Of a stretch of 34,774 nt of DNA, positions 17,080-26,744 are shown in pieces. Each line of letters opens with the position of its first letter. Within the stretch, counting starts at the first letter, position 1. A model generated the notes under the pieces. It had not been told where the DNA came from and made no database searches. It worked only from the letters and a program-made list of their open reading frames with translations. The translations under genes and the position numbers were made by a program. Source of the stretch: a virus; IMG/VR virus record IMGVR_UViG_3300010269_000155; one strand, given 5' to 3'.

Positions 17080-18081
17080 ATGTCACTTTTTATCGAGGGG
17101 ACAGCGTTCCCCCTGGGCATATTAAACACGAATGGTTGGGGCGTACCGTTCGCTGAAGCAGATAACGCTATCAAAAGCCTCAAAACATCCGTTGTCCGGA
17201 TCTGTTCTCGCGTCGATCCTCACGTTTGTGACATCATGGGCGACCCTAAATCCGAAATTGGTCACGCTGTCGATGCTGGTCGAGATGGTGACAACGTATC
17301 CTGCAAGGCTGAGATCACTGACTCGATAGCAGTTCAGAAAATCGAGGATGGAACCTGGAAACCTTTCTGGAGTATTTTTGCCGGCATACAGGAAATAGAC
17401 TCCGGAGGGTGGGCACACGGTATAACCATCGAATCAATCACAATCGTAAATAATCCTGCCTGGGAAGGCGCAAAATGGAGTGTCGTTTCAGCGTCTGCTG
17501 ACGGCAAAAAGAAAGTTCACATCACCTCTCCTTTCAAAATCGCAGCATCAGGAGATGAAACCATACCAGACGAAACAATTGAGGATCTGAAAAAACAGAT
17601 CGCGGAAAAAGACAAGCTCATTGAAGAGCTCAAGCCGAAGGCTGAGAGCGTTCCTGCGCTTGAAACACAGGTTGCGGAACTGACTGCAAGTAACCAAAAA
17701 ATTACCAAAGAACTTGCAGACAAAACAAAGCTTGCAGCCTCACTTGAACTTGAGAAGGCGGAGTCCATACCCATGAAAGAACTGGATGAAAGAATTGCAG
17801 CTGCCATAGCGGACCACGACAAGGAAGTTGAAGCAAGGAATAATCTTGCTGCAGCTCGTGCCAGATTCGTAGCTGCCAGAAAAGCACATCTTGGAATTGA
17901 TACGAAACCGGATGAATTCACAACCCTATCTGCAGCAGACTTTGAAAAGCTCGCTGCTGATCATGAGAATAAAGTGAGCGCATCTGGGAGTGACCCAATC
18001 CAGTATAATGTGAGTGGGAGCGGTGGAAACAAGAGTCCAATCTTTGACCCGTTCTCAAAATCGTTCTCACAGGGGGCCTGA
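17080..18081 (+). CDS. Prohead protease / scaffold-like protein
   Basis: Position before the capsid genes; N-terminal beta-rich domain followed by a long coiled coil (IEDLKKQIAEKDKLIEELK...). Confidence 0.6.
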   Translation: MSLFIEGTAFPLGILNTNGWGVPFAEADNAIKSLKTSVVRICSRVDPHVCDIMGDPKSEIGHAVDAGRDGDNVSCKAEITDSIAVQKIEDGTWKPFWSIFAGIQEIDSGGWAHGITIESITIVNNPAWEGAKWSVVSASADGKKKVHITSPFKIAASGDETIPDETIEDLKKQIAEKDKLIEELKPKAESVPALETQVAELTASNQKITKELADKTKLAASLELEKAESIPMKELDERIAAAIADHDKEVEARNNLAAARARFVAARKAHLGIDTKPDEFTTLSAADFEKLAADHENKVSASGSDPIQYNVSGSGGNKSPIFDPFSKSFSQGA

Positions 18082-18085
18082 GCAG

Positions 18086-18547
18086 ATGGCAGTACAACCA
18101 GGATTTAGGCCTGTAGACAACATGACCAGACAGGGTCCAGGCATTGATGTTGAATATTTCCAGATAGGGCCTAATGCAACAGCCTCTAAGTGTTTACCTG
18201 GTATCCGTGTAATGATAGATACGACTGACAACTATGTCAAAGAGTTCACAGGCACGGGAAACGCGATAGGATATCTATCGTATGAAGCTTCCCCTGACAA
18301 GCCAAAAACCATTGACACTGCTTTTGCGGTTGGCGACTGGGCAGCTGTTGAAATGGGTGCAGGTAAGAGAATAAGAGGCCGACTTGCATCAGGTCAAAAT
18401 GTAACAAAAGGACAGCCTCTGAAGGAAGTTGCTGACGGCTTCTTGAGTGCTGGAACTCCTGGTACTGATGATATCGTAGCTGATGCGGATCAGTCAGTAG
18501 ACGCTTCAAGCGCAGCAGCTGCAATCTGGGTACTTACGAGGAAGTGA
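18086..18547 (+). CDS. Head decoration / cement protein-like (153 aa)
   Basis: Small Gly/Ala-rich protein between scaffold and capsid; ATG 18086 lies 4 nt after the upstream stop. Confidence 0.6.
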   Translation: MAVQPGFRPVDNMTRQGPGIDVEYFQIGPNATASKCLPGIRVMIDTTDNYVKEFTGTGNAIGYLSYEASPDKPKTIDTAFAVGDWAAVEMGAGKRIRGRLASGQNVTKGQPLKEVADGFLSAGTPGTDDIVADADQSVDASSAAAAIWVLTRK

Positions 18548-18551
18548 AATC

Positions 18552-19481
18552 ATGACAGGTGGAAACGCACTTCTCACACATCTCAAGGATCTGTTTGATC
18601 CGACTATTATTTCGGTACTGACTGCTCAGTCGGTCGGTAGACAGCTCATGCCAATCAATCCAGAACTCTCAGGTCAGGGGCTCGGTGTCCTCACCGTCGA
18701 AACGCTGCGTTATGTAGCTCGTAGCGGCGCAATCACAAACTACGACATCCAGAAAGACATCGAGGACACTATTGACATCGAGAGTCTTCAGGTTCGCGTC
18801 CCTGTCCAGCAAGACATGGTGCGTATCAAGTACCGTGATTGGCTGGCATATCAGAAGAAGAAAATCCCGATTGAGGCAGACATCAGTACCGATATGACTG
18901 CAAAAATCGCAAGGGAGCAGGACAAAATCATTGCTGATGGTTGGAAACCGCAGGGTACAAATTACCTAATCAAAGGGATGTACCAGGTGGCTGGAAACTC
19001 TGTTATCGGGGAAGATTCTGGAAGTTATGGAAACGTTAAATCTGCAGTCGTCGCTGCAATTTCAAAACTCAAGCTGAGTGGCGTCTATTCCCGTGGATAC
19101 AACCTTTCCCTTGCTCCTTTCAACTATGCTGAGCTCATGGACTCCGAGAATGACACAGGAAAAGAAGAAACCGCTGCAATCCTGAAAATCCTTAACGCCG
19201 CAGCACCAAACGGATCACAGCCAGGACAGATCTATGAAGTCCCTGATCTCGCAGCCGGAACCGCAATGGTAAGCCCCATAGCTTCTCAGGAGAACCTCAG
19301 ATTCTTCGACATCATTGAACTTCAGGTCCCGGAAAATGATCTCTGGTATGATGGCGGCAGACCGAAGGGCGACATCATGATGGAGCAGGTCGGTGCTCTG
19401 GTTCCACGGTTCAAACACCTTGATCCGGACACGTTGACCGACCCATGTGTCTGTAAGATTACCAGCCTTGGAACAAGCTAA
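18552..19481 (+). CDS. Major capsid protein (HK97 fold)
   Basis: 309 aa; AREQDKIIADG and AVVAAISKLK...GYNLSL segments typical of HK97/encapsulin-like shells; position in the module. Confidence 0.8.
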   Translation: MTGGNALLTHLKDLFDPTIISVLTAQSVGRQLMPINPELSGQGLGVLTVETLRYVARSGAITNYDIQKDIEDTIDIESLQVRVPVQQDMVRIKYRDWLAYQKKKIPIEADISTDMTAKIAREQDKIIADGWKPQGTNYLIKGMYQVAGNSVIGEDSGSYGNVKSAVVAAISKLKLSGVYSRGYNLSLAPFNYAELMDSENDTGKEETAAILKILNAAAPNGSQPGQIYEVPDLAAGTAMVSPIASQENLRFFDIIELQVPENDLWYDGGRPKGDIMMEQVGALVPRFKHLDPDTLTDPCVCKITSLGTS

Positions 19482-19493
19482 ACGGTGAGCTGA

Positions 19494-19877
19494 ATGGTCC
19501 TGTGTTCCGTCTCTGAAGTTCGTGCTGAAGTCAATCCCAGGTCAGTTACAGACGAGGGTATTGCTGAACTCATAATAAGGACCTCAAGAGCTGTAGCTAC
19601 GCAGACTGGAGGAAATGTAGATGACAGCGACAACGATCTCCTTAATCTGGCCTGCATTCATCTCTCAGCAGCTGCCGTCCTTCGTAAGATGAGGATTAAC
19701 GGAGAACTTCCTGCCAGAGTCAAAATAGGAAATAGTGAGCAACAGAACACTATCGACCAGGACATCCAGGACCATGAAAATGAAGCCGCGAAGTACATGA
19801 AAAAGTACAGGTACGCAGGCAAACTCCGCATACCTTACGGACGAGTTGGGATCAGGACTGTGAACCACGAGGACTGA
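19494..19877 (+). CDS. Head-tail connector (gp6/gp15-like)
   Basis: Size, helical pattern (CSVSEVRA...IAELI), first gene after the capsid. Confidence 0.6.
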   Translation: MVLCSVSEVRAEVNPRSVTDEGIAELIIRTSRAVATQTGGNVDDSDNDLLNLACIHLSAAAVLRKMRINGELPARVKIGNSEQQNTIDQDIQDHENEAAKYMKKYRYAGKLRIPYGRVGIRTVNHED

Positions 19878-19879
19878 AC

Positions 19880-20497
19880 ATGATCGGATCTCTAATGCTT
19901 GGAATGATTCACACCTGCAACATCCTGAGCAGTACCCAGGACCAGAAACTTTCCTTTGAGTCCGGATCCTCAGCTTTTCTGGAAGAAGATCTTCTGATAG
20001 GGGTAGCCTCTGGAGCAAAGGGGACCATCAAGGAAATAGTTCTTGAGTCAGGGTCCTGGACCGCTGGAGATGCAGCTGGTTATCTGATCCTCTCGAATGT
20101 TTCCGGAACTTTCCAGGAAGGCGAAACAATTCATGATGAACACGAGGGGACCTCACTTGCCTCCGGACCGGCAGAACCTGTAACAAATGGAGTGGGGACT
20201 CCCCAACTCACTACAACCTCCAACCCTAGCTCATGCAGGTTCTCACAGGCTTCCAGGTCCGGAGGCATTCAGTCTCTTGAAAGTGGGGATTACATCGTTT
20301 CTGAGCCTCTTCTATTTCTCCCTCCTGAAACCGTGATCCAAGAAGGAGATATTGTCACAAGCAATGTCCATGGGTATGAAGGCCCTTACAAGGTACTGCA
20401 TGTCGAAGTCCTGTACGAGCTTTTCATGAACGCAAGCGGCGAGTACGAGATAGATCATCTCGAGGTTGAACTGAAAGCTGTGAAAAAACGCGGCTGA
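19880..20497 (+). CDS. Head-closure protein-like with an inserted Gly-rich beta domain
   Basis: C-terminal half resembles closure proteins (IQEGDIVT...YKVLHVE...HLEVEL); extra ~90 aa Gly-rich N-terminal insertion. Confidence 0.5.
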   Translation: MIGSLMLGMIHTCNILSSTQDQKLSFESGSSAFLEEDLLIGVASGAKGTIKEIVLESGSWTAGDAAGYLILSNVSGTFQEGETIHDEHEGTSLASGPAEPVTNGVGTPQLTTTSNPSSCRFSQASRSGGIQSLESGDYIVSEPLLFLPPETVIQEGDIVTSNVHGYEGPYKVLHVEVLYELFMNASGEYEIDHLEVELKAVKKRG

Positions 20498-20511
20498 TCT
20501 TGGGGGCAAAA

Positions 20512-20760
20512 ATGGTAGAATGTGGTACAGTGACCCATGAGCAGTGTGAGAAGTACAGAGAAAAGCTTAGGGGCGAGGTACAAGGTTGCATATTTCAGGA
20601 AAGGGAAGACAGGAAAGAAGACCAGGATAGACTTGAAAAAGGAATGGAGAGGCTTGAGAACAGAATGGAACGGATGAATTCAAAACTTTCAGCTGTTGTT
20701 CTCGAGCTTTTAGTAGGGCTGATTCTTGGAGTCATTGCTTTCCTTCTAGGGAGGACTTGA
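20512..20760 (+). CDS. Coiled-coil protein with a C-terminal TM helix (XhlA/holin-like candidate)
   Basis: RLEKGMERLENRMERMNSK followed by VVLELLVGLILGVIAFLLG; ATG 20512 preferred over TTG 20500. Confidence 0.55.
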   Translation: MVECGTVTHEQCEKYREKLRGEVQGCIFQEREDRKEDQDRLEKGMERLENRMERMNSKLSAVVLELLVGLILGVIAFLLGRT

Positions 20761-21191
20761 TGGCTGAAATGTTCCGGGTCAAGGTAAAGGGCATCAAGGA
20801 TTTACAAGCGAAGTTTCGGCAAATCGATGCAGAAATGCAGGCCGTACTCCCTCAGGCCACCTCAGCTGGAGCAGCAGTCGTTGTCAGGGAAGCTAAGATC
20901 AATGTAGGCAAGGGTCACCCAGATTTTCCTGAAGTAATCACAGGTGCTACGAGGCGTAACATCAGAGAAGTCAGAAAAGAAAACTCTCCTGACAGATGTG
21001 TTTCTCAGGTGGGTGGTACTCTGAGTCATATGATGAGGCTCGAAAAGGGTTTCATGGGTACAGATAGACTTGGCCGTAGATTCCACCAGCAGCCAAGACC
21101 CTTCCTTAGACCTGCCCTTGACGAGAATGAAGAGGAGATCCAGAAAGCCTTCGAAGAGAGCATCAAGCGAGTCCTGAGGAAACGCAAATGA
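20757..21191 (+). CDS. HK97 gp10-like tail completion protein
   Basis: VKGIKDLQAKF, GATRRNI, LEKG and PRPFLRPAL motifs. Confidence 0.85.
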   Translation: MMAEMFRVKVKGIKDLQAKFRQIDAEMQAVLPQATSAGAAVVVREAKINVGKGHPDFPEVITGATRRNIREVRKENSPDRCVSQVGGTLSHMMRLEKGFMGTDRLGRRFHQQPRPFLRPALDENEEEIQKAFEESIKRVLRKRK

Positions 21192-21562
21192 CGATCATAG
21201 ATGAAGCGATCCGGACCATTCTGACAAGCAATACAGCTGTCAAGAGTTTTGTAGGCACTCGGATCCACCCTTTCAAGCTCCCTCTTGGATGCACTCTTCC
21301 TGCCTTGTCAATTCACAAACCCTCGAATCCTTACCGCCAGATTTCAGGATCCCCAAGATTTCAGATTTCCTGCTGGGCAGAAGATTACCTGCAGGTTCAG
21401 CAACTCTCTCAGGTCGTTGAGGCTGCCCTTGAAGGATTCTCCGGGATTGTTTCAGGCATTGAAATTATCCGAATTATCCCTATCGAAGCTCCGGACCAGT
21501 ATGAGGACCTGCCCGGAGTGTATCATATTCCGTATGATTTCAAAGTAATATTCAGGAAGTGA
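21188..21562 (+). CDS. Tail terminator (DUF3168 / gp17-like)
   Basis: VGTRIHP, LPAL, RFQISCWA, QQLSQVVEAAL pattern; position. Confidence 0.75.
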   Translation: MTIIDEAIRTILTSNTAVKSFVGTRIHPFKLPLGCTLPALSIHKPSNPYRQISGSPRFQISCWAEDYLQVQQLSQVVEAALEGFSGIVSGIEIIRIIPIEAPDQYEDLPGVYHIPYDFKVIFRK

Positions 21563-21569
21563 AAAACAA

Positions 21570-22370
21570 ATGGTCAACTACCAGACAACTGTTCAGAAGC
21601 CGAATACGATCCGTTTCGGGTCTGCAAAGATCGAGGTAGGTGAGGATGTAGACAACCTCACAAACATCGGAGTTGCAACCGGCATAGAATTCACAGAAGA
21701 ATTTGAGGCTGCAGTATTCAAGCCGAGTAACGCTCCAGAGATTCAGGGGCCTGTGATAAACCACACCGCGACTGTGAAGGTTGAGATGTGGGAAGTGGAT
21801 CTTGAGAACCTTGCCCTTATCAGAGGTGGAATGGATCTTGTAGATACTGTGGCTGGAGATGCCGTCTCAGTTGAAAATGAAGCCCACACTCTAACAGGAA
21901 CCGGACTTGTCAGGCTGAACCACAAAATGGGTGACGGCTCAGAAGTTGAGTCTATCGTTGTCACGGATGCTTCTGGGAATGCAGCTGTCCGGAATACAGA
22001 TTACGTAGTCGCCGTGGATGCATCCGGGTTTACCTGTATCGGCAGGGTAGCAGCTTCTACAGTGATTACATCCGGAGAAGGTATTCTCGTTGACTATTCT
22101 TACACACCAAATGCTTCAGTGAAACTCTCAAGCGGTGGTCTCAACACCATTAACCCGCGTGTGGTCCGGCTGACGAATACCAACGCAGCCGGGAAGGAGT
22201 TCAGGATCACTGTCTATGCAGCAAAGAACCAGGGAGGTCTGGAGCTATCTCTGCCTGACGATGACGGAGACGAACCAATGAAACCGCCAATCGAACTCAG
22301 AGGTATTATCGATCCAACCAGGACTGCTGGCGATCAGTTGTTCGAGATCTACGATGAACAGGGGGTCTAA
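21570..22370 (+). CDS. Major tail (tube) protein with an internal accessory beta domain
   Basis: N-terminal FGSAKIEVG...IGVATG; position before the chaperones and TMP; internal segment ending VDYSYTP. Confidence 0.8.
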   Translation: MVNYQTTVQKPNTIRFGSAKIEVGEDVDNLTNIGVATGIEFTEEFEAAVFKPSNAPEIQGPVINHTATVKVEMWEVDLENLALIRGGMDLVDTVAGDAVSVENEAHTLTGTGLVRLNHKMGDGSEVESIVVTDASGNAAVRNTDYVVAVDASGFTCIGRVAASTVITSGEGILVDYSYTPNASVKLSSGGLNTINPRVVRLTNTNAAGKEFRITVYAAKNQGGLELSLPDDDGDEPMKPPIELRGIIDPTRTAGDQLFEIYDEQGV

Positions 22371-22372
22371 TC

Positions 22373-22756
22373 CTGACTGACCTCCTTGACCATTTTGAAA
22401 TTCTCGAACCCCCGAAAAGGACAGCTGACCTGAGAGGTGAGCAGGTTGATCTTTCCTTTATTCCGGCAAGGACAACCCTCAAATTCATTGATTTCTCGAA
22501 AAAATATGATGTGAAGAAGCTGGAGAACGTCACTGAGGAAAATCTTGACATGTCAGTCCTTGAGGACATGCTTGAAATCGTAGCTATGATTTGCCAACAC
22601 TCAAATAAAAAAATCACAAAGGATTGGCTTCTTGACAATATCCCGGCTAACAAACTGTTAGGTTTTGTCAAGTTCGTTTTCTCCGGAATGACTCAGCTGA
22701 AAGATGAGGGAGAAGCTGGAGGCGAAGACGGAAAAAACTCACCATCTGGGACATAA
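22373..22756 (+). CDS. Tail assembly chaperone (gpG-like), probable CTG start, 127 aa
   Basis: Frame open from 22358 with no ATG; GGGGGT RBS-like sequence 6 nt before CTG ACT GAC; the ORF-track start at 22511 truncates it. Confidence 0.65.
   Translation: MTDLLDHFEILEPPKRTADLRGEQVDLSFIPARTTLKFIDFSKKYDVKKLENVTEENLDMSVLEDMLEIVAMICQHSNKKITKDWLLDNIPANKLLGFVKFVFSGMTQLKDEGEAGGEDGKNSPSGT
22732..22738 (+). other. -1 programmed frameshift slippery site A_AAA_AAC
   Basis: X_XXY_YYZ heptamer at the end of the gpG-like ORF; the -1 frame (LTIWDIISQLGE) runs into the 22774-23025 ORF. Confidence 0.8.
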
Positions 22757-23025
22757 TCTCCCAACTCGGAGAGATGTATGCCTGGGCGACAAAGGACTAC
22801 CTGCTTGATGAAATGACCCTTGACCAGATCATAATGTATTATCGGAAAGGATGGGAAGCTCGAAAGTTGTCAGCTCAGGTATTCTGGGGAGTCCTCGGAG
22901 AAATCATGCAGGGCAAAGATCCTGCTGAAGCCGTGAAATCCAGTGGTGTTTCAGGACTGGAGAAATTCAAAGAGGCACATCCAGAAGGCCAAAGCGAGAA
23001 CGGAGCTTGGAAAGTTTCTAGGTAA
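22738..23025 (+). CDS. gpT-like part of the G-T chaperone fusion
   Basis: In the -1 frame from the slippery site; directly upstream of the tape measure gene. Confidence 0.75.
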   Translation, partial: LTIWDIISQLGEMYAWATKDYLLDEMTLDQIIMYYRKGWEARKLSAQVFWGVLGEIMQGKDPAEAVKSSGVSGLEKFKEAHPEGQSENGAWKVSR

Positions 23026-23090
23026 TCAAAAACTGTTCCGACTAAAACACGGTCAAAAAACGAGTAACTTTATAATAAAACGGTGGAAAA

Positions 23091-26000
23091 ATGAGTGCTG
23101 GTGAACTGGTTGTTTCCATTATCGGAGATATGAAAGAACTGTCCCGTGTCTTCTCTCAAGTTCAGACTGAAGTTGGGAAAGTGGGAAAACAGTTCGAGAC
23201 GATGGGGAAATCACTCAGTTCAGCCGGAACCAGTATGGCAGCCGGGATAACTGTTCCGATCCTTGCTATTGCCGGTACTGGTGCTCTTCTGGTTAATTGG
23301 GCTAACGATGTTGGAAAATCTCAGGGACAGGTAAAGGCTTCCCTCGGCCTTACAGCAGAAGAAGCAAACAAGCTTACAGACGCAGCAATGAACGTCTGGA
23401 AAAACGGCTTCGGAGACTCAATAGACGCGGTTAATCAGGTTATTGTTTCAGTCCGGCAAAACATGGGTGACCTCGCCGGTCAAGAACTTGAATCAGTCGC
23501 TTCTGGAGCAATCACAATATCTGAACTTTTCGGGGATGATGTCAACGAAGTAACAGCAGCTGCAGGCGTCCTAATGCGGAACTTCGGGATAGATGGACAG
23601 CACGCCCTGGACATCATCACAACAGGCTATCAGCAAGGCGGGGATTTTTCAAAAGAACTCCTGGATACCCTCCGGGAATATGCTCCGCAGTTTCAGGCCA
23701 TGGGTGTTTCTGCAGACGAGTTTCTAGCTATTCTGATTTCGGGTGCAGAGGCGGGAGCCTGGAACCTTGATAAAGTAGCTGACGCAGTCAAAGAGTTCAA
23801 TATTCGTGCCCAGGACGGTTCAGATCTTACAATAAGCGGGTTCGCAGCTATCGGTTTAAGCGCGGACGAGATGTCCCAGAAAATAGCAGCCGGTGGGGAC
23901 TCTGCAAAAGAGGCTTTTATTGCTACTGTTGCCGGACTTATGGCTATCGAGGACCCTGTAAAACGTAATATAGCCGGGGTTGCCCTGTTCGGAACTCAAT
24001 GGGAGGACGTAAAAGCTCAGGTAATTGATGCCACAGCCTCCGGGATACAAAACGTCCAGGACGTTGCAGGCGCGACGGATAAGGCTGCTAAAGACGTTGC
24101 CGATTCGAATCCAATGCTCGCGCTTACGGAAGCCGCACGGGATCTTCAGGCCGACCTGCTTCCAATTATACAAGGGCAGATAATTCCACTTATCACCCAG
24201 GATCTGCTTCCGATCCTGACAGGAACACTGATTCCTTTCATCGAGAATGTCGCACTCCCGGCTATATCTGCATTTGTAGAAGGATTTGCAGCGCTGCCTG
24301 AACCAGTCCAATTGGGAGCAATTGCGTTTACAGCATTCATTACCGCACTCGGTCCGATCCTCATGCTTGTGGGCGCGGTAGTATCCTCAATCGGAACTCT
24401 CGCTACTGCCGTGGGAACTGGCGGAGTGCTGGCCACAGCTTTTGCCTCTGCCAAACTCGCTATTACTGGATTCCTGACAACTCTCTCAGGCTTGGCTCTC
24501 CCTATTGCAGCTATCATTGCTGTGGTTGCTGCTCTTGCGCTTGCCTGGAAAAACAATTGGGGAGATATTCAGGGCAAAGCAAAAGCTGTATGGGACTGGC
24601 TACAGTCCGAAATGAATAAGCTTGTAAACAGGCTTGAATACTATTATCACGCCCTTGTTATGGCGATTAGTGCAGCCGACCTTGAGGATAAATGGGATCG
24701 CATTAAAAACCGGCTCGAATACTACTATCATGCTCTTGTGATGGGTGCGAGTGGTCTGTACAACGACCTGAAAAAGTATTGGGATGAACTGTCTACCGCA
24801 CTCGAACCCGCAAAGGAAAGTCTCAGTTCAGCATGGGACAGTATAAAAACGATCTGGGAAACGTTCAAAACCTCGTTCCTTGACAGCATGAGTACCCTGT
24901 ATGAGAACGTGAAGAAAGCTCTCGAACCCCTATGGGACACCCTTGATGAACTGTGGCAGCAACTCAAAGAAGACGTAATTCCTGTCGTCCTTGACTTCCT
25001 TGGCTCTTTTAGCGGCTCGGCCATGGACGACGCACAGGGCGATATCGATTCACTCACGGGTATCATTAATTTCCTTAGCGAGAAACTCAGTGAGTTCCTC
25101 GATTGGGTAGCACGTCACCCCGAAATCACCGAATTTGTTGCCACAGTTGCGGCTATGGCTGTAGCTATACCGGTTGCTCTCGGTCTTTTAGCTGCCGGTA
25201 TTGTCCTGTTTGTCGCAAAAGTCGTAAGCCTGTTTATTGAGCTTGTCAAAGCCGCATATGACCTGTATACTGATTGGAAGGCTCATTTTGAAAATTTGAA
25301 GACTACAGTAACCCAAGCTATTGATTATATCATTGCAAAGGTTCGGGGTTGGTATACTGAAAACGTAAACAAATTCAACCTGATTAAATCTGCCGCGTTG
25401 GATTTACTGAATAACTGGCGTACGCATTGGGACAATATCAAGACCACTCTAACGCAGGCCGTTTCTGATATCGTCACAAGATTACAGGGCTGGTATAATG
25501 ACACCCAGGCCAGATTTACCCAAGTAAAAACAGCCGCTCTAGCCCTTCTCATTGACTGGCGTACTCACTGGGAGAATTTCAAATCAACATTAACACAAGC
25601 AGCAGCTTATATCATGACCAAACTGCAGGGCTGGTACACTGATACTCAAAATAAATTCAATCTGGTCAAAGCAGCTGCCCTTGATATTCTCAATAACTGG
25701 CGTACACACTGGGAGAATTTCAAGACCGCTCTCAATCTAGCTGTAGCTAACATTATTGCCAAGTTGCAGTCCTGGTACACGGACGTACAGAACAGGTTTA
25801 ATCAGGTCAAGGCGGCGGCTCTTGCTTTTTATAACAACTGGAAAGCAAGGTGGGATTCGATATGGAAGACCCTCAGCGATGCTAAGGACTACATTATCAA
25901 TACCGCTCAGATGCTTTACAACGATCTGCTAAACCGGTATAACCGGATTAAAGCGGAGCTTTCTAACCTGCTTACTGAATGGAAGGCAAGATGGAACGAA

Positions 26001-26744
26001 ATATATACGTCCGTAAAAACGAAGGCTACCGAGATCGTTAATGAGGTTTACGGGATTGTAACCAAACTTAAAAACAAGGCAACCGAGTTTTATAACGCAG
26101 GAAAGAACCTTGTCCAGAACTTGATAGACGGGATCAACGACAAAATTTCTTCTCTCAGGAAAAAAATAGACGAACTAACCTCAATGATAGCCGACTATTT
26201 GCCTATGAATAGTCCGTCATTGAAAGGTGCTCTTTCAAAACTCCCAAAATGGGATGACGTTGTTTCAAGTCCAGTCGCTAAATCGCTTTCTTCTACAGTT
26301 TCAGCAGCTAAAAGCGCAGGGTCCTCCATAGTAAGCTCTATCGCGAGCGGAATATCCTCAGCTGCAAAAACTGCATACAACGCTGCCTCTTCTGCCCTTA
26401 AAAAAGTCAAGAGCCTGCTCCCTCACTCTCCTGCGGAAGAGGGACCTTTCTCAGAAATCCCTAACTGGGACTCTATTTTCGTTGACCCCATGAAGGAATC
26501 AATCGCAAGGACAGCCGAGCTTGCAAAACCTCTCAGTCAGGCTCTTAGTAGTGTTCGTTCTCCTATCGATTCCCTTTCTGGTGGACTCGGTCAGGTTGCA
26601 GCTGTCACAAACAACAGCTTTGCAGGAGACACGATCACAATCGGACCGAACACGCTGGCAAACAGTGTAGATGTCAGGATGCTGATTGAAGAACTGAACA
26701 AATACACGGCAAACAAGAGAAGGGCAAGGGGGCTGTACTCATGA
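23091..26744 (+). CDS. Tail tape measure protein
   Basis: 1217 aa, Ala/Gly-rich; minor-tail motif LDTLREYAPQF...GAWNLDKVADAVKEF; Trp-spaced repeats. Confidence 0.95.
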   Translation: MSAGELVVSIIGDMKELSRVFSQVQTEVGKVGKQFETMGKSLSSAGTSMAAGITVPILAIAGTGALLVNWANDVGKSQGQVKASLGLTAEEANKLTDAAMNVWKNGFGDSIDAVNQVIVSVRQNMGDLAGQELESVASGAITISELFGDDVNEVTAAAGVLMRNFGIDGQHALDIITTGYQQGGDFSKELLDTLREYAPQFQAMGVSADEFLAILISGAEAGAWNLDKVADAVKEFNIRAQDGSDLTISGFAAIGLSADEMSQKIAAGGDSAKEAFIATVAGLMAIEDPVKRNIAGVALFGTQWEDVKAQVIDATASGIQNVQDVAGATDKAAKDVADSNPMLALTEAARDLQADLLPIIQGQIIPLITQDLLPILTGTLIPFIENVALPAISAFVEGFAALPEPVQLGAIAFTAFITALGPILMLVGAVVSSIGTLATAVGTGGVLATAFASAKLAITGFLTTLSGLALPIAAIIAVVAALALAWKNNWGDIQGKAKAVWDWLQSEMNKLVNRLEYYYHALVMAISAADLEDKWDRIKNRLEYYYHALVMGASGLYNDLKKYWDELSTALEPAKESLSSAWDSIKTIWETFKTSFLDSMSTLYENVKKALEPLWDTLDELWQQLKEDVIPVVLDFLGSFSGSAMDDAQGDIDSLTGIINFLSEKLSEFLDWVARHPEITEFVATVAAMAVAIPVALGLLAAGIVLFVAKVVSLFIELVKAAYDLYTDWKAHFENLKTTVTQAIDYIIAKVRGWYTENVNKFNLIKSAALDLLNNWRTHWDNIKTTLTQAVSDIVTRLQGWYNDTQARFTQVKTAALALLIDWRTHWENFKSTLTQAAAYIMTKLQGWYTDTQNKFNLVKAAALDILNNWRTHWENFKTALNLAVANIIAKLQSWYTDVQNRFNQVKAAALAFYNNWKARWDSIWKTLSDAKDYIINTAQMLYNDLLNRYNRIKAELSNLLTEWKARWNEIYTSVKTKATEIVNEVYGIVTKLKNKATEFYNAGKNLVQNLIDGINDKISSLRKKIDELTSMIADYLPMNSPSLKGALSKLPKWDDVVSSPVAKSLSSTVSAAKSAGSSIVSSIASGISSAAKTAYNAASSALKKVKSLLPHSPAEEGPFSEIPNWDSIFVDPMKESIARTAELAKPLSQALSSVRSPIDSLSGGLGQVAAVTNNSFAGDTITIGPNTLANSVDVRMLIEELNKYTANKRRARGLYS

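Noticed and set aside
18552-19481. Encapsulin nanocompartment gene
   Set aside because: HK97-like shell embedded among terminase, portal and tail genes, so a viral capsid is the simpler call
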